From NCBI RefSeq assembly GCF_006345805.1, contig NW_021823797.1, forward strand, positions 1-21,154: a stretch of DNA of 21,154 bases, given 5' to 3'. Positions within the stretch are counted from its first letter, which is position 1, and every line of letters starts with the position of its first letter. A program made the translations under genes and the position numbers. The DNA is from Octopus sinensis (lineage: Eukaryota). The notes under the pieces were generated by a model, which was given only the letters and a program-made list of their open reading frames with translations, searched no databases and was not told the DNA's origin. Of the stretch, positions 11,118-20,408 are shown piece by piece.

Positions 11118-11959
11118 ATTTTTATATGACAAATCTATAAAAAAAAAACTTTTACACTTTATATATTTTATAAAAGATTTCAATTTGCATCAAACTAAAA
11201 GGAACTTTTTTGGAATAGCTTTTCCTGCACCGATACTTTAGATTTTAATTAATGAAAGCTTTGATCAGGTTGACAAGTTACGCCGTCACAAATATTTTAT
11301 TTCAGGTGGATTTCCATATGAATTAATGTATTTCTAATGGAATGTAATGTGCCTTCCTCTATCTATCATCTGTACTCCAATAAAAAAAACATTAAAGACA
11401 AAAAAGAATTGGATCATATCTTAATTCGTTTTAAAATTGAATAATTAATTTAAATGTTTTTTCTCTAGCTCTTATAAACAAATGGTGTGTTTGGCACACA
11501 CGAAACCTTAAGCGTTTAGCGTTTATAGCAACGCAGATGTGATAGTTGTTGTCTATTTCTAGTGACACTTGACTCTATTCTCAATAACAATTAAGTTAGT
11601 TTATACTGATTTTACAGTATTTTAAAACTTTGAATTAATTTTCAGACCATTTCCCTTGATTTCAATTTCTAAAATTTATAATACATTTTATAATTCCAAA
11701 GTTCTGATTAAATCGGAAAATATAAGCGGAACAATAAAAACCAATTTATTTTGTTGGAATGGTAATTGAAGACGGTTTTCGTTGATTCCTTTAAAGTTCA
11801 GTATGAGGGGTATTTGATTGTACTTTTAAGCATGATCTTGACAAGAATCATCATTAATTAACCGAGACTGGCAAATATATTGCGAGGATTCGGCAGTCAT
11901 TTACCAACTAAATGTTTGAAAACGCAAATCTAAATCACTAGCATCACTATTCATGAATG

Positions 11960-12340
11960 ATTGTTAGTTGTATAAACATCCTGTATATAAGTATGTAAAT
12001 AAATCGTAAAATCAACTGCATGCTTTTACTGATGCAGTGTGCGTTGCCGCGAACAATGGCCAGACAGATGCGCTGGCGGGACCAGAGGCCCTCTCTCGGG
12101 TCCTTAATCCTCCTCCCAATGGACTGCCCGAACTCTTTGAGGAATGAGTCGGTCTCCTTTCCCGCGGCTGCAGCGGTCTCCAGTGCGATTGGCGTAACAC
12201 GGTAGCGGTCCGCGAGGGAAGAATATTTTTGTAGTTTCATCTTTTCGGCGTGGTTTCCAGCCGAACAAGATTTAGCAGCGGAAGAATGGATCCTCGACTT
12301 TGAGAAGGTATCCACAACGGTAACATCCCATACAAATTAA
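11960..12340 (-). mobile_element. CRE-clade 3' fragment
   Basis: WDVTVVDTFS...HAEKMKLQKY...PIALET...FLKEFG..IGRRIKDPREGLWSRQRICLAIVRGNA. Confidence 0.85.
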
Positions 12341-12399
12341 TATATGAATTCGAAACACGTTTAAATAATTTTAAAAAACTCTATCTATCATAACAACAT

Positions 12400-12860
12400 T
12401 TTCGTCACTTAGATAAACTGACATGCAACGATTTCATGCAACTTGAGCTACTTGAAATGCTTTACAACTTACTGCGGAATTTAAGATCATGAGCCGAATT
12501 TTTCGAGTCGAATTCCACAATGAAATATCTGATAGTTTTTGTCTTCTCGTATAATTATCTTTCGGTTTGATTAAAAAATCCAAATGTTTATTTTTTTCAA
12601 TCTTTGTGTGAAGTATCCAACTGAATTTTAAGTTTTTATGGCTTTGTTTCTGTATACCAATTAGAACTCTTTGTCCAAGTAAAACTTCTGTATGTATCGT
12701 AAATATGCCGTTTAGTATGTCGCATAACTGATGAGGAAGTGAGCTTGGCAAGTATTTTATAAGTTTGCCATTTATGTCATCAATACTTTGAAAGACTCAT
12801 ATTCTCAAAGATATCCCGCTTCTAATTCACTAGATGATATTTTTCAACATTGACCTGGAC
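12400..12860 (-). mobile_element. RTE-like LINE fragment (RT N-terminal region), divergent from copy 1
   Basis: INGKLIKYLP...LCDILNGIF...LGQRVLIGIQK aligns by eye with GPELLKYG...IADLFNGMF...IGRVILVPVQK of copy 1. Confidence 0.65.
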
Positions 12861-13338
12861 TCCTCTGCAGGTTTAGTGAAGACATGAATAACAGAAAAAG
12901 ACTAATTCTGACTATTAAACTGCCACAATAAAGGAGTTCCTTGATCAAATATCAGTGCAGATTGAGAGTAGTCGGGTAGTGATTGCTAATTATTTTGTAG
13001 AATCATCAGAGAGGAGCTGTTTTTAGGTATTGAAAATTTTTCGTAATTCTTTGAGATGTTATTTCGAAAATGGAAGGTTGCTCTAATATCACATAGAGGT
13101 CCAATGATTATCTAATGGAAATGTTTTTTCAAGGATGCACAAATTGTAGAATAAAAGTTTTTAATATTTTCTTCTTGAAAATAAGCATTTGATTGGACCG
13201 GACTTCTATTTTATTTAACCAACATTTTTTGCAAATTAATGTTTTGAATTTATCGGTATCAAGAAAAGAGCACAATTGTTGCTTTTTTAAAAATAAACAA
13301 GGCAGGAAAAAATTAAATGTTGTAGGCCGTTCCTTTAG

Positions 13339-13475
13339 CCTAACTTCAACCTTATCACTATCCCTAACCTTATCCCTAACCCTATCCCCAACCTTATCCC
13401 TATCCCTGACACCAACCTATCCTTAACCATTATTTTAACACAAGCCCCAACCCTAATCTATCTCCAACTTTAATC
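13339..13475. repeat. Degenerate hexamer array (CCTAAC/CCTATC/CTTATC), resembling the C-strand of (TTAGGG)n
   Basis: About 22 units in 6-nt register: cctaac ttcaac cttatc actatc cctaac cttatc cctaac cctatc cccaac cttatc cctatc cctgac... Confidence 0.8.
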
Positions 13476-13502
13476 ATAAAATAATGATTCTTAGATTAGC
13501 CT

Positions 13503-13520
13503 AAGTTCCGGCATTATATA
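13503..13520 (-). mobile_element. 18-bp left remnant of RTE LINE copy 2, ending in the TA target site
   Basis: aagttccggcattatata is identical to 2103-2120 and directly abuts the left Tc1 TIR. Confidence 0.85.
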
Positions 13521-13547
13521 CACTTCATGTAAAAAAAACGGATTTTC
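13521..13547 (+). repeat. Tc1 left outer TIR
   Basis: cacttcatgtaaaaaaaacggattttc versus right-end reverse complement cactccatgtaataaaaaaccggattttc (1 mismatch, 2 single-base indels). Confidence 0.85.
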
Positions 13548-13654
13548 GAATGCTTAATTTTTTGATATTCTGTTTTTATTTTAGACTTTTTTTAATTTAT
13601 AATGATAATCTTCGTAACATTTTTTTTTATATATTTTTCAATAATCTTTTTGTA

Positions 13655-13671
13655 CAGCTAAAGTTTAGCTG
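13655..13671. other. hAT hairpin (P-nucleotide) footprint / left target-site remnant
   Basis: cagctaaa-g-tttagctg. This equals the target site agctaaac (19136-19143) minus its last base, followed by the reverse complement of cagctaaac. Confidence 0.75.
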
Positions 13672-13917
13672 AGGGCAAAGAAGAGAAAATATGAAGCGCT
13701 GCGAGACCGATTCGTGTTCCGATTGTGGTCGAGACAACTGGAGGATAAGTGGGAAATCGCTTCACTTCTAAAGAACCTTGGACGCTTAGTCACATTAAAA
13801 AGCCACAACACACGTGAGACCCGGTGGCTTCTCCAGTTGATCTCCGTTGCTATCGTGAGAGGCAACGCAACGTCAATTATGTTGGCGGGGTCCACTTCGG
13901 ATGGATGGCTTTATTAA
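13668..13917 (+). mobile_element. CRE-clade 3' fragment inside the composite
   Basis: AE.KKRKYEALRDRFVF.PIVVETTGG...LLKNLGR...RETRWLLQLISVAIVRGNA, with frameshifts. Confidence 0.8.
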
Positions 13918-13929
13918 CTTCTAGTAAAT

Positions 13930-13980
13930 TACAATTAATTAATTAATTGTATTGCGTATTTATTATCGTAATAAATACGC
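13930..13980. repeat. 22-bp perfect palindrome plus a 12-bp-stem hairpin
   Basis: tacaattaattaattaattgta (13930-13951); gcgtatttatta-tcg-taataaatacgc (13954-13980). Confidence 0.8.
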
Positions 13981-14019
13981 CTTTATTAAAAAAAGCCATA
14001 TATAATAAAACAAAGAAAA

Positions 14020-16412
14020 ATTTCAGTAACGATAAAAAAGAACTAAGGCGGAGACAATATAATGTTTCTGAAAAGCTTGCAAGAGCTGTGGAGGCAAGCA
14101 CATCGGTGGATTTTCACACTGACCAACCATACGTCGAAAAAATGGGTAGGTCTGCAATTCTCACTTCATTGATAATAAAATAGTGCCAGATAATACTGAA
14201 TAAAATCATTCTTCCCCATTTTATAAAAAAACGAAGTTGTATATTACCCAGATTACAAATGGGGGACCTGTCTCCGACATGAACTTCCATAACTCTTCAC
14301 AAACAGAGCTTCAAGACTTTTTTTGGCAGAAATGATTTTGAATGCCTGATATGCAGAGTCTTGATTTTTCAGTAGAAAGGACAATAGAAAATATCATAAA
14401 CTAATTCTGGACATTGACCTTCAGCAAATAGTCAAGGGCATCATTTGGTCTCCCACATTTAAAAATAGTAATTCCATGCAGTCGAAAACTGAAAGGATCA
14501 CGGTGAAGTAAATTTAATATATTCAGTGCAGAAGTGTACTCCCCAATGTTGTACAAGCCAATAAATCCGTTAATAATTCGCATTGATTAGTGCCCGGATA
14601 TGAGACCAAAGAAGAAATATATTCTCCAGTCATTCTCAAATCGACAAGGCTTCTCTTGCGTTAAATATAACCGCACAATCAAGGCTGGATAGTTGTTCGG
14701 GGCGGAGAGAAAATACGTCGTTCTTTTCTGAGATGTGCTGTAAAGCAATTTTATTGCCGATCATCTGATGTTTGAAATCCATAATTCATGAACGACCCAA
14801 GTAGAGACTGAGCCATTGCATCGTTGGGTCGAGCCTCCAAATAATAAAAAAGACCTTCAATGGCCTTGGTGACTTGATCCTCTGGAGATGAATCCTTAGT
14901 GATATTACAAGACGGAATATTTTTTTTCCATTCTGAAAACAGGATATCGAACACTATTTTGTCGCCACGTGCACAGCAAAAAATCGATATGTAAAAATTG
15001 ATGGATTGAAGCCATTAATAGCTACCATCAAATGCTTGTCAATTCCATCAAAAATTTCCCAATGATCTGAAGTGCCCGCTTTCATTAGAAGAATTTTTAA
15101 CATAATTTCACTATCCCGAGAAAATGAAACATTCTTGGACATTTCAATGACACGAAAGGAGTGCTCATAATCCTCACATGTGTAATAAAGTACAGCCAAA
15201 TTGACAAATGCACGTTCGTTGTGTTGAGAAGCATCAATTGACTTGAAAAATGATTTTTCAGCGAGAACGTAATCCTTGAAAAAGTAAGCAACAGTCCCCA
15301 AAAGAAGCCACGAATCAGAACTCCCACCACTCTCAAACAGAGGAGACTGCACAACCCACGGACAAATCACGGGCACTCTCATTTCCATTAATTCTCCAAA
15401 GAAATGAGGCAGCCAAAGCACAGTTATAAAACGCAGAACACAGCCTGGTCATAATGGCCAAATGACCAAAGGCCCAAATACTCAACTTGACGTATGTCTG
15501 AAGAGTTTCATGGCCAGGAGGAGAATCGGGGTGGAAACATAGCTGGGAAAGACGAAAGGCAGAATAACCAAATAAAAACAGAACTATTTTCTGATCTCTG
15601 CTTTCCTGGGATAAAAAACAACGGAGACTGTCGAAAGCAATTGTATAAATGTCAAAAGCTTCCAAAAAACGATTTTCTGATAACAAATCGTCTCCGAAAT
15701 AGCACATAACTTCAGCATAAAGGACTTTAAAAATCGTCAAATCTTCCGATTCTTCGTTGGTTGAATTCAGCAATTCTTCGAGGGTTGAGGCGATCTCTTC
15801 AAAGTCCCCGCTTTTAAAGGAAGAGATTGTAATAATCAGTTTAACTAAAAGCCTCCATTGGGGCATGTCTTGAGACTTTTCGAGAAAAGATTTGTGGTTA
15901 AAAGTCAGACTCATTCCACTGAGTCGAATCAGTTCTGTTCTCAACATTACAAAAATGAAACAATCTTTGTCAATGTCGATTGCTAGGTCACAAATCCGCA
16001 GAGATTGGGAGTATTCTCCATTGCACATGTAAAATATTGCCAGTCTGCGGAGTGCGGGGATCATTGCTGGAGAAAGATCACTTCGCATGAAATTTTGAAG
16101 GTATTTTTGACTTGAATCTTTGTTTAGTAGACCGAACTACTTCCTGGTAGGCAATGGCATTTCTGGTACTAAGGAATCGAGAATGTAGGCTCTTTCATAG
16201 CAAGAATAAGCACGGTTTGAATCGTTCATGAAATATTGGAAAAAATCTCCAAATTTTAAGAAAATTTGAGCATTCTTTGGAACTAATTTGACTGCTTCTA
16301 AAAAACAGGAAAAAGCAGAATAGAGTCCTTCAGTTGTGTCTTTGTAGCAGTGTGAGTAGGCACGGGTTGTGTACATTTCGGCATTTTTTAAATTCAATGT
16401 TTCAGAATCCAT
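14020..16412 (-). pseudogene. SKI3: SKI3/TTC37 (SKIC3) TPR-protein copy, lacking the N-terminal TPRs and frameshifted
   Basis: Segments match TTC37 as I recall it, in the same order: CFLEAVKL...FLKFGDFFQYFMNDSNRAYSCYERAYILD; ALRRLAIFYMCNGEYSQS; SWLLLGTVA...LAEKSFFKSI...AFVNLAVLYY; YYLEARPNDAMAQSLLG; TGEY. Probable 30-nt intron at 16140-16111. Frame changes near 14955, 14780, 14640 and 14585 have no fitting GT-AG intron. The 3' boundary is approximate. Confidence 0.82.
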
Positions 16413-16710
16413 ATTTGTAGCCAGCTCTTTCGTTATTTATTTTATTTTATTTAGGATAATATGTTATGAAAATATAACCATAAATATGTAAAAAAAATAA
16501 TTAAATAGATTTTCCAATATTTTGATTAATAAAAATTAAATTTTGGCATAAAAACTACTTGTTTTAACAAATCTGACAATTTTGTAAAAATTTTAAGAAT
16601 CTGCTTTTCCGAATTTACATTGAGAGGAGTTTCTAATAATTAGCAGACAACCTGAAAACCTACGAGAAGCCCTGAATTGCATACTTTGATGCAAAATAAT
16701 TAGGGGCTAT

Positions 16711-16862
16711 TGTTTATTATTCCTCCTTACTGAAATCATTTTTCAAGTCAATTGATGCTTCCCAACACAACGAACGTGCATTTGTCAATTTGGCTGTACT
16801 TTATTACACATGTGAGGATTATGAGCATAATGAAATGCTTTCCGTGTTTATTATTCCTCCTT
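16711..16862 (+). repeat. Templated insertion: inverted 95-bp SKI3 copy flanked by an 18-bp direct repeat
   Basis: 16733-16827 is the reverse complement of 15162-15256 (94/95). tgtttattattcctcctt occurs at 16711-16728 and 16845-16862. Confidence 0.92.
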
Positions 16863-17032
16863 TACAAATTCGTAGATGTTTTCCAAAATGCTTCACTAGG
16901 AAGAAATGTCTGAACAAATTAGATCGAAAACAAATAAAATTGACTTAGCTATCTTTAATTTCTTTCTTACAAAAAAATAAATAAATAAAATTGATATCAA
17001 ATAATAAAATTTAATGAATTCCTTTATCGATT

Positions 17033-17108
17033 TTATTAAAATTAACAATAATCTATATATTTAATAAGATTCGTTATTAAAATTAACAATAATCTATATA
17101 TTTAATAA
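17033..17108. repeat. 35-bp tandem duplication (period 41)
   Basis: ttattaaaattaacaataatctatatatttaataa at 17033-17067 and 17074-17108. Confidence 0.92.
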
Positions 17109-19135
17109 ATGAAAATATTTTTAACAACGTTTGGATTCGCTAAATTCATTGCCCCAAATAATGAAATAAAGGCAAAATGCATGATTTGCCATAGAATTTT
17201 GGGAAACAATTCACTGAAACCTTCTCAACTTAGGCGCCACAAAGAGTCTGTACACCCAGAAAATTTTTCCTCACATGAATATTTTAAAGTCAAAAGAACG
17301 AAGTTTGATTCACAGCCAAAGCTTGAGTGGTTTAATAAATCTCAAGATAAACCGAGATTAGAAGCATCATATGCTGTAATTTTAATTTATCTAAAACAAA
17401 TAGGTCTCAATGATTATCGCAAAAAACAAAGCTGCACATAATTCTGGTGAAAAGTTATCAAACCAGCGGCTCTTGAAATGGCTCGAATTTTGTTTGGTCC
17501 GGATGCAGTTACCAAACTTAAGGACATACCATTATCCAACGATTCAATTTCCCGTAGAATTTCAGAATTGTCATCTGATATCCTGAAGCAATTAATTGAA
17601 AGAATCAATAAAAGTAAATGCAGAATAAGTATTCAATTGGACGAGTCAACTGACATTTCTAACGTCTGTCAGCTTGTGTCCTATGTTCGCTTTGTTGATG
17701 ATGAGAATATTATTGATGAGTTTTTATTTTGTTTGGAGATGGATGGACACACTCGTGGAGAGGACATCTTTAATATTTTTGACAATTTTATGAAGACGAA
17801 TAAAATCCAATGGGATAAAGTTGGATCTATATGTACTGATGGTGCACCTGCGATGATTGGTCATCAATCTGGACTTGTTACTCGTATTAAGGATTTGGTT
17901 CCTGATATTGTTACAAGACATTGTGCATTGCACAAATATGCACTTTGTTCAAAAACTATGTGTTCGTCGTTAAGAGAAACACTAAACACTATTGTAAAAG
18001 TGATAAACTATATTCGATCTCGACCACTTAATCATCGAATTTTCCAAACTCTTTGTGAAGAGTAGGAAGTGATCATTCTATACTACTTTATCATTCTGAA
18101 ATTAGGTGGCTTTCAAGGGGAAAAATCCTTTCGAGAATTTGTGAACTTTCCCCTGCGATCTCTTTGTTTTTGCGTGATAATATGCAGCATGATTGGGCCG
18201 ATCAATTCGATGATTTTACTTTTAAATCGAAAATGTATTATCTTGCCGATTTTTTTAACATTTTAAATGAGTTTAATTTGTCAATGCAGGGTAAAAATTT
18301 TATTAATTTATTTAAAGGTCTTATATATCAGTTGTCGAGGTCAATCAAATAATAATGGCTTTTAAAAAAAAGTTATTATTGTGGATAATGAAAATAAAAA
18401 AAGGAATAACATCAATGTTCCCAATGCTTGAATATCATCTCGGACACAACCCCGGATAATGTTCTTCTAAGTCTGATAATCAAACATCTGGAAAATCTCA
18501 AGACAAAATTTGATGATTATTTTCCTGTTGAAGACCCAATTCCAAACTGGATCGTTCAACCTTTCTTGACCTCATTTAAAGAATATCAGGAACTCAATTT
18601 TCAGCAGAGCTTGATTGAACTTCAATGTAATCAGTCTGCTCAGATTATTTTCAAATGTACTTCATTATTAGATTTTTGGTATTCTCATTAATAATTACTT
18701 TTTATTGTTAGGTGTCGATGGCGAAAGAATTCCCCATTTTGAGTAAAACTGCATTGGAATCAATACTTGCATTCCCCACTACTTATCACTGTGAAATGGC
18801 GATGTCGTGTCTGACTTTTCTAAAAACAAAATATAGAAATAGACTACGGGTACAAGATGATATGCGAGTAGCTTTGTCGAACATAGAGCCTGATATAGTA
18901 AAATTATTCTGAGCAAACAAGATCAGAAATCTCACTAAAACTATTAAATTTTCTGTTATTTTCATAATGTTCATGTTATTTTTATAATAAATATTCGAAC
19001 ATGTCTAAACCTGGCCCTGACGAGGCCAAAAATTGTGCGCTAATACCAAAAAATGTTTATTTTATTTAAGGTGGTCCCCACAAAATTTTATAGTGCAAAA
19101 GTGGTCCCCAGTCTAAAAAAGGTTGAGAACCGCTG
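17109..19135 (+). mobile_element. Buster-type (ZBED5/SCAND3-like) hAT, transposase pseudogene; right TIR present, left TIR not found
   Basis: BED finger (FGF...AKCMICHRILGNNSLKPSQLRRHKESVH); core PLSNDSISRRI...IQLDESTD...CTDGAPAM...RHCALH; hATC FPTTYHCE...KTKYRNRL. Right TIR ggttgagaaccgctg (19121-19135) is followed by agctaaac. Stops and frameshifts; candidate introns at 17376-17403, 18291-18317 and 18679-18711. Confidence 0.95.
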
Positions 19136-19164
19136 AGCTAAACTGACTATATTAAATTTTTTCT

Positions 19165-19183
19165 GTGTAAAAAAAACCGGATT
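19165..19183 (+). repeat. Tc1 left inner direct repeat
   Basis: gtgtaaaaaaaaccggatt repeats the core of the outer TIR. Confidence 0.75.
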
Positions 19184-19200
19184 AGAAAAAAGTCAAATGA

Positions 19201-20210
19201 TTAATAATTAATGTGTCCTCCATGTGCCTTATAAAGCTCAATGCTTCTTCTTGGCATGCTTTCAGTTAATTTTCTCACAAATTCCATTGGTATTTAGTCC
19301 CAAATTTTTATGATATTTTCGCATAAATCCTTTTTACTGTGCAGCATTTTTTTACTCAATTCTTCCTTTATGTAGCTCCACACATGTTCAATTGGGTTCA
19401 AATCTGGTGATTGTGGTGCCCAATTTAATAATTCAATTTTTTCTCATCCAAAAATTGTTTTGTTCTCCGTGAATTATGACAGGAGGCCAAATCTTGTTTG
19501 AAAATAAAACGATTTAGCCCCATTTTATCTGCCGATTTCCACAAATTATTTATTAAAATGTTGATATATACAGCAGAATTTATTTTTCATTTACTATAAC
19601 CAAATTCCCCTTTCCATGATAGGAGATACAACCCCATACCATAATTGTTCCACCACCAAACTTCAAAGTTGGCGTTAAATGGGGATAATTTAAGGCTTTA
19701 TTTTGTTTCTAAAGCAAAATTTTCTTTTTTTAGATGAAAAAATTTCAAAGGAAGCCTTGTCACTCTATATAACAGTTCTCCACGTTTCATTGCTTATTGC
19801 AGAAAAGATTATTAAAAGCTCGTATTGTTTTTCACTATTTTTTTTGATAAAAAAAGTTTTCTTTTACACACACATGCTTTGTAATGAATTTCATGTAGAT
19901 AATTGCTTATTGTTTTTTTGCAGACAACTTTTCCTGTAAAATCGAAGACTTCTTTCAGGTTGGCAAGTGTTTTTTTTGGATTTTCTTTCACAATGTTGAC
20001 AAGTTTACAAATATCTAAGTTAGAGAGCTTTTTGGGTCTTCCAGAACCAGGTATACGATCAACAGTCCCTTTTTTATTTAACTTATTCAGAAAATCATTG
20101 AGAGTCGAAGTTAGAATATTCAGCTCCTCAACAATCTTTTTTTGTGTCCAATTTAATTGAATGAGAGCTAGGATCTTTCCTTTAGTGATTTTATCAAGCA
20201 TTTTTTTCAA
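19201..20210 (-). pseudogene. Tc1 (DD34E) transposase pseudogene
   Basis: HTH and GSGRPKKL N-terminus (ORF 19812-20210), then WRTVIYSDK, FKQDLASCH, LLNWAPQSPDLNPIEHVW and ESMPRR...AHGGH across stops and frameshifts. Confidence 0.95.
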
Positions 20211-20249
20211 ATACCTAAAAATTGGCTTAGCAACAGACTAATCAAAAAA

Positions 20250-20269
20250 AATCCGGTTTTTTAATACAC
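20250..20269 (-). repeat. Tc1 right inner direct repeat
   Basis: Reverse complement gtgtattaaaaaaccggatt. Confidence 0.75.
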
Positions 20270-20408
20270 GCTAAGATTTTATCAAGATCAATTATTCAAA
20301 TATACATTATAATTTTAAAAATAGTAAAAAGATACAACAAACGATTGCTGAAAAGTAATTTAAAAATTGATATACATTTAAAAAATACTAGTAAAAACAT
20401 GCAAACTT

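Noticed and set aside
13193-13426. ORF ending in SLTLSLTLSPTLSLSLTP
   Set aside because: Produced by translating the hexamer array.
13339-13475. CRISPR array or other prokaryotic system
   Set aside because: No repeat-spacer structure or cas genes; the window is eukaryotic (spliceosomal introns, tRNA-Ile AAT, BRE1).
14585-14960. Ciliate-type stop-codon reassignment as the explanation for SKI3 stops
   Set aside because: The breaks need frame changes, not readthrough, and BRE1 is fully open in the standard code.
19163-20270. Treating the inner repeats as the true ends of a standalone 1.1-kb Tc1
   Set aside because: They have no TA duplication, whereas the outer repeats have TA on both sides and a matching empty site.
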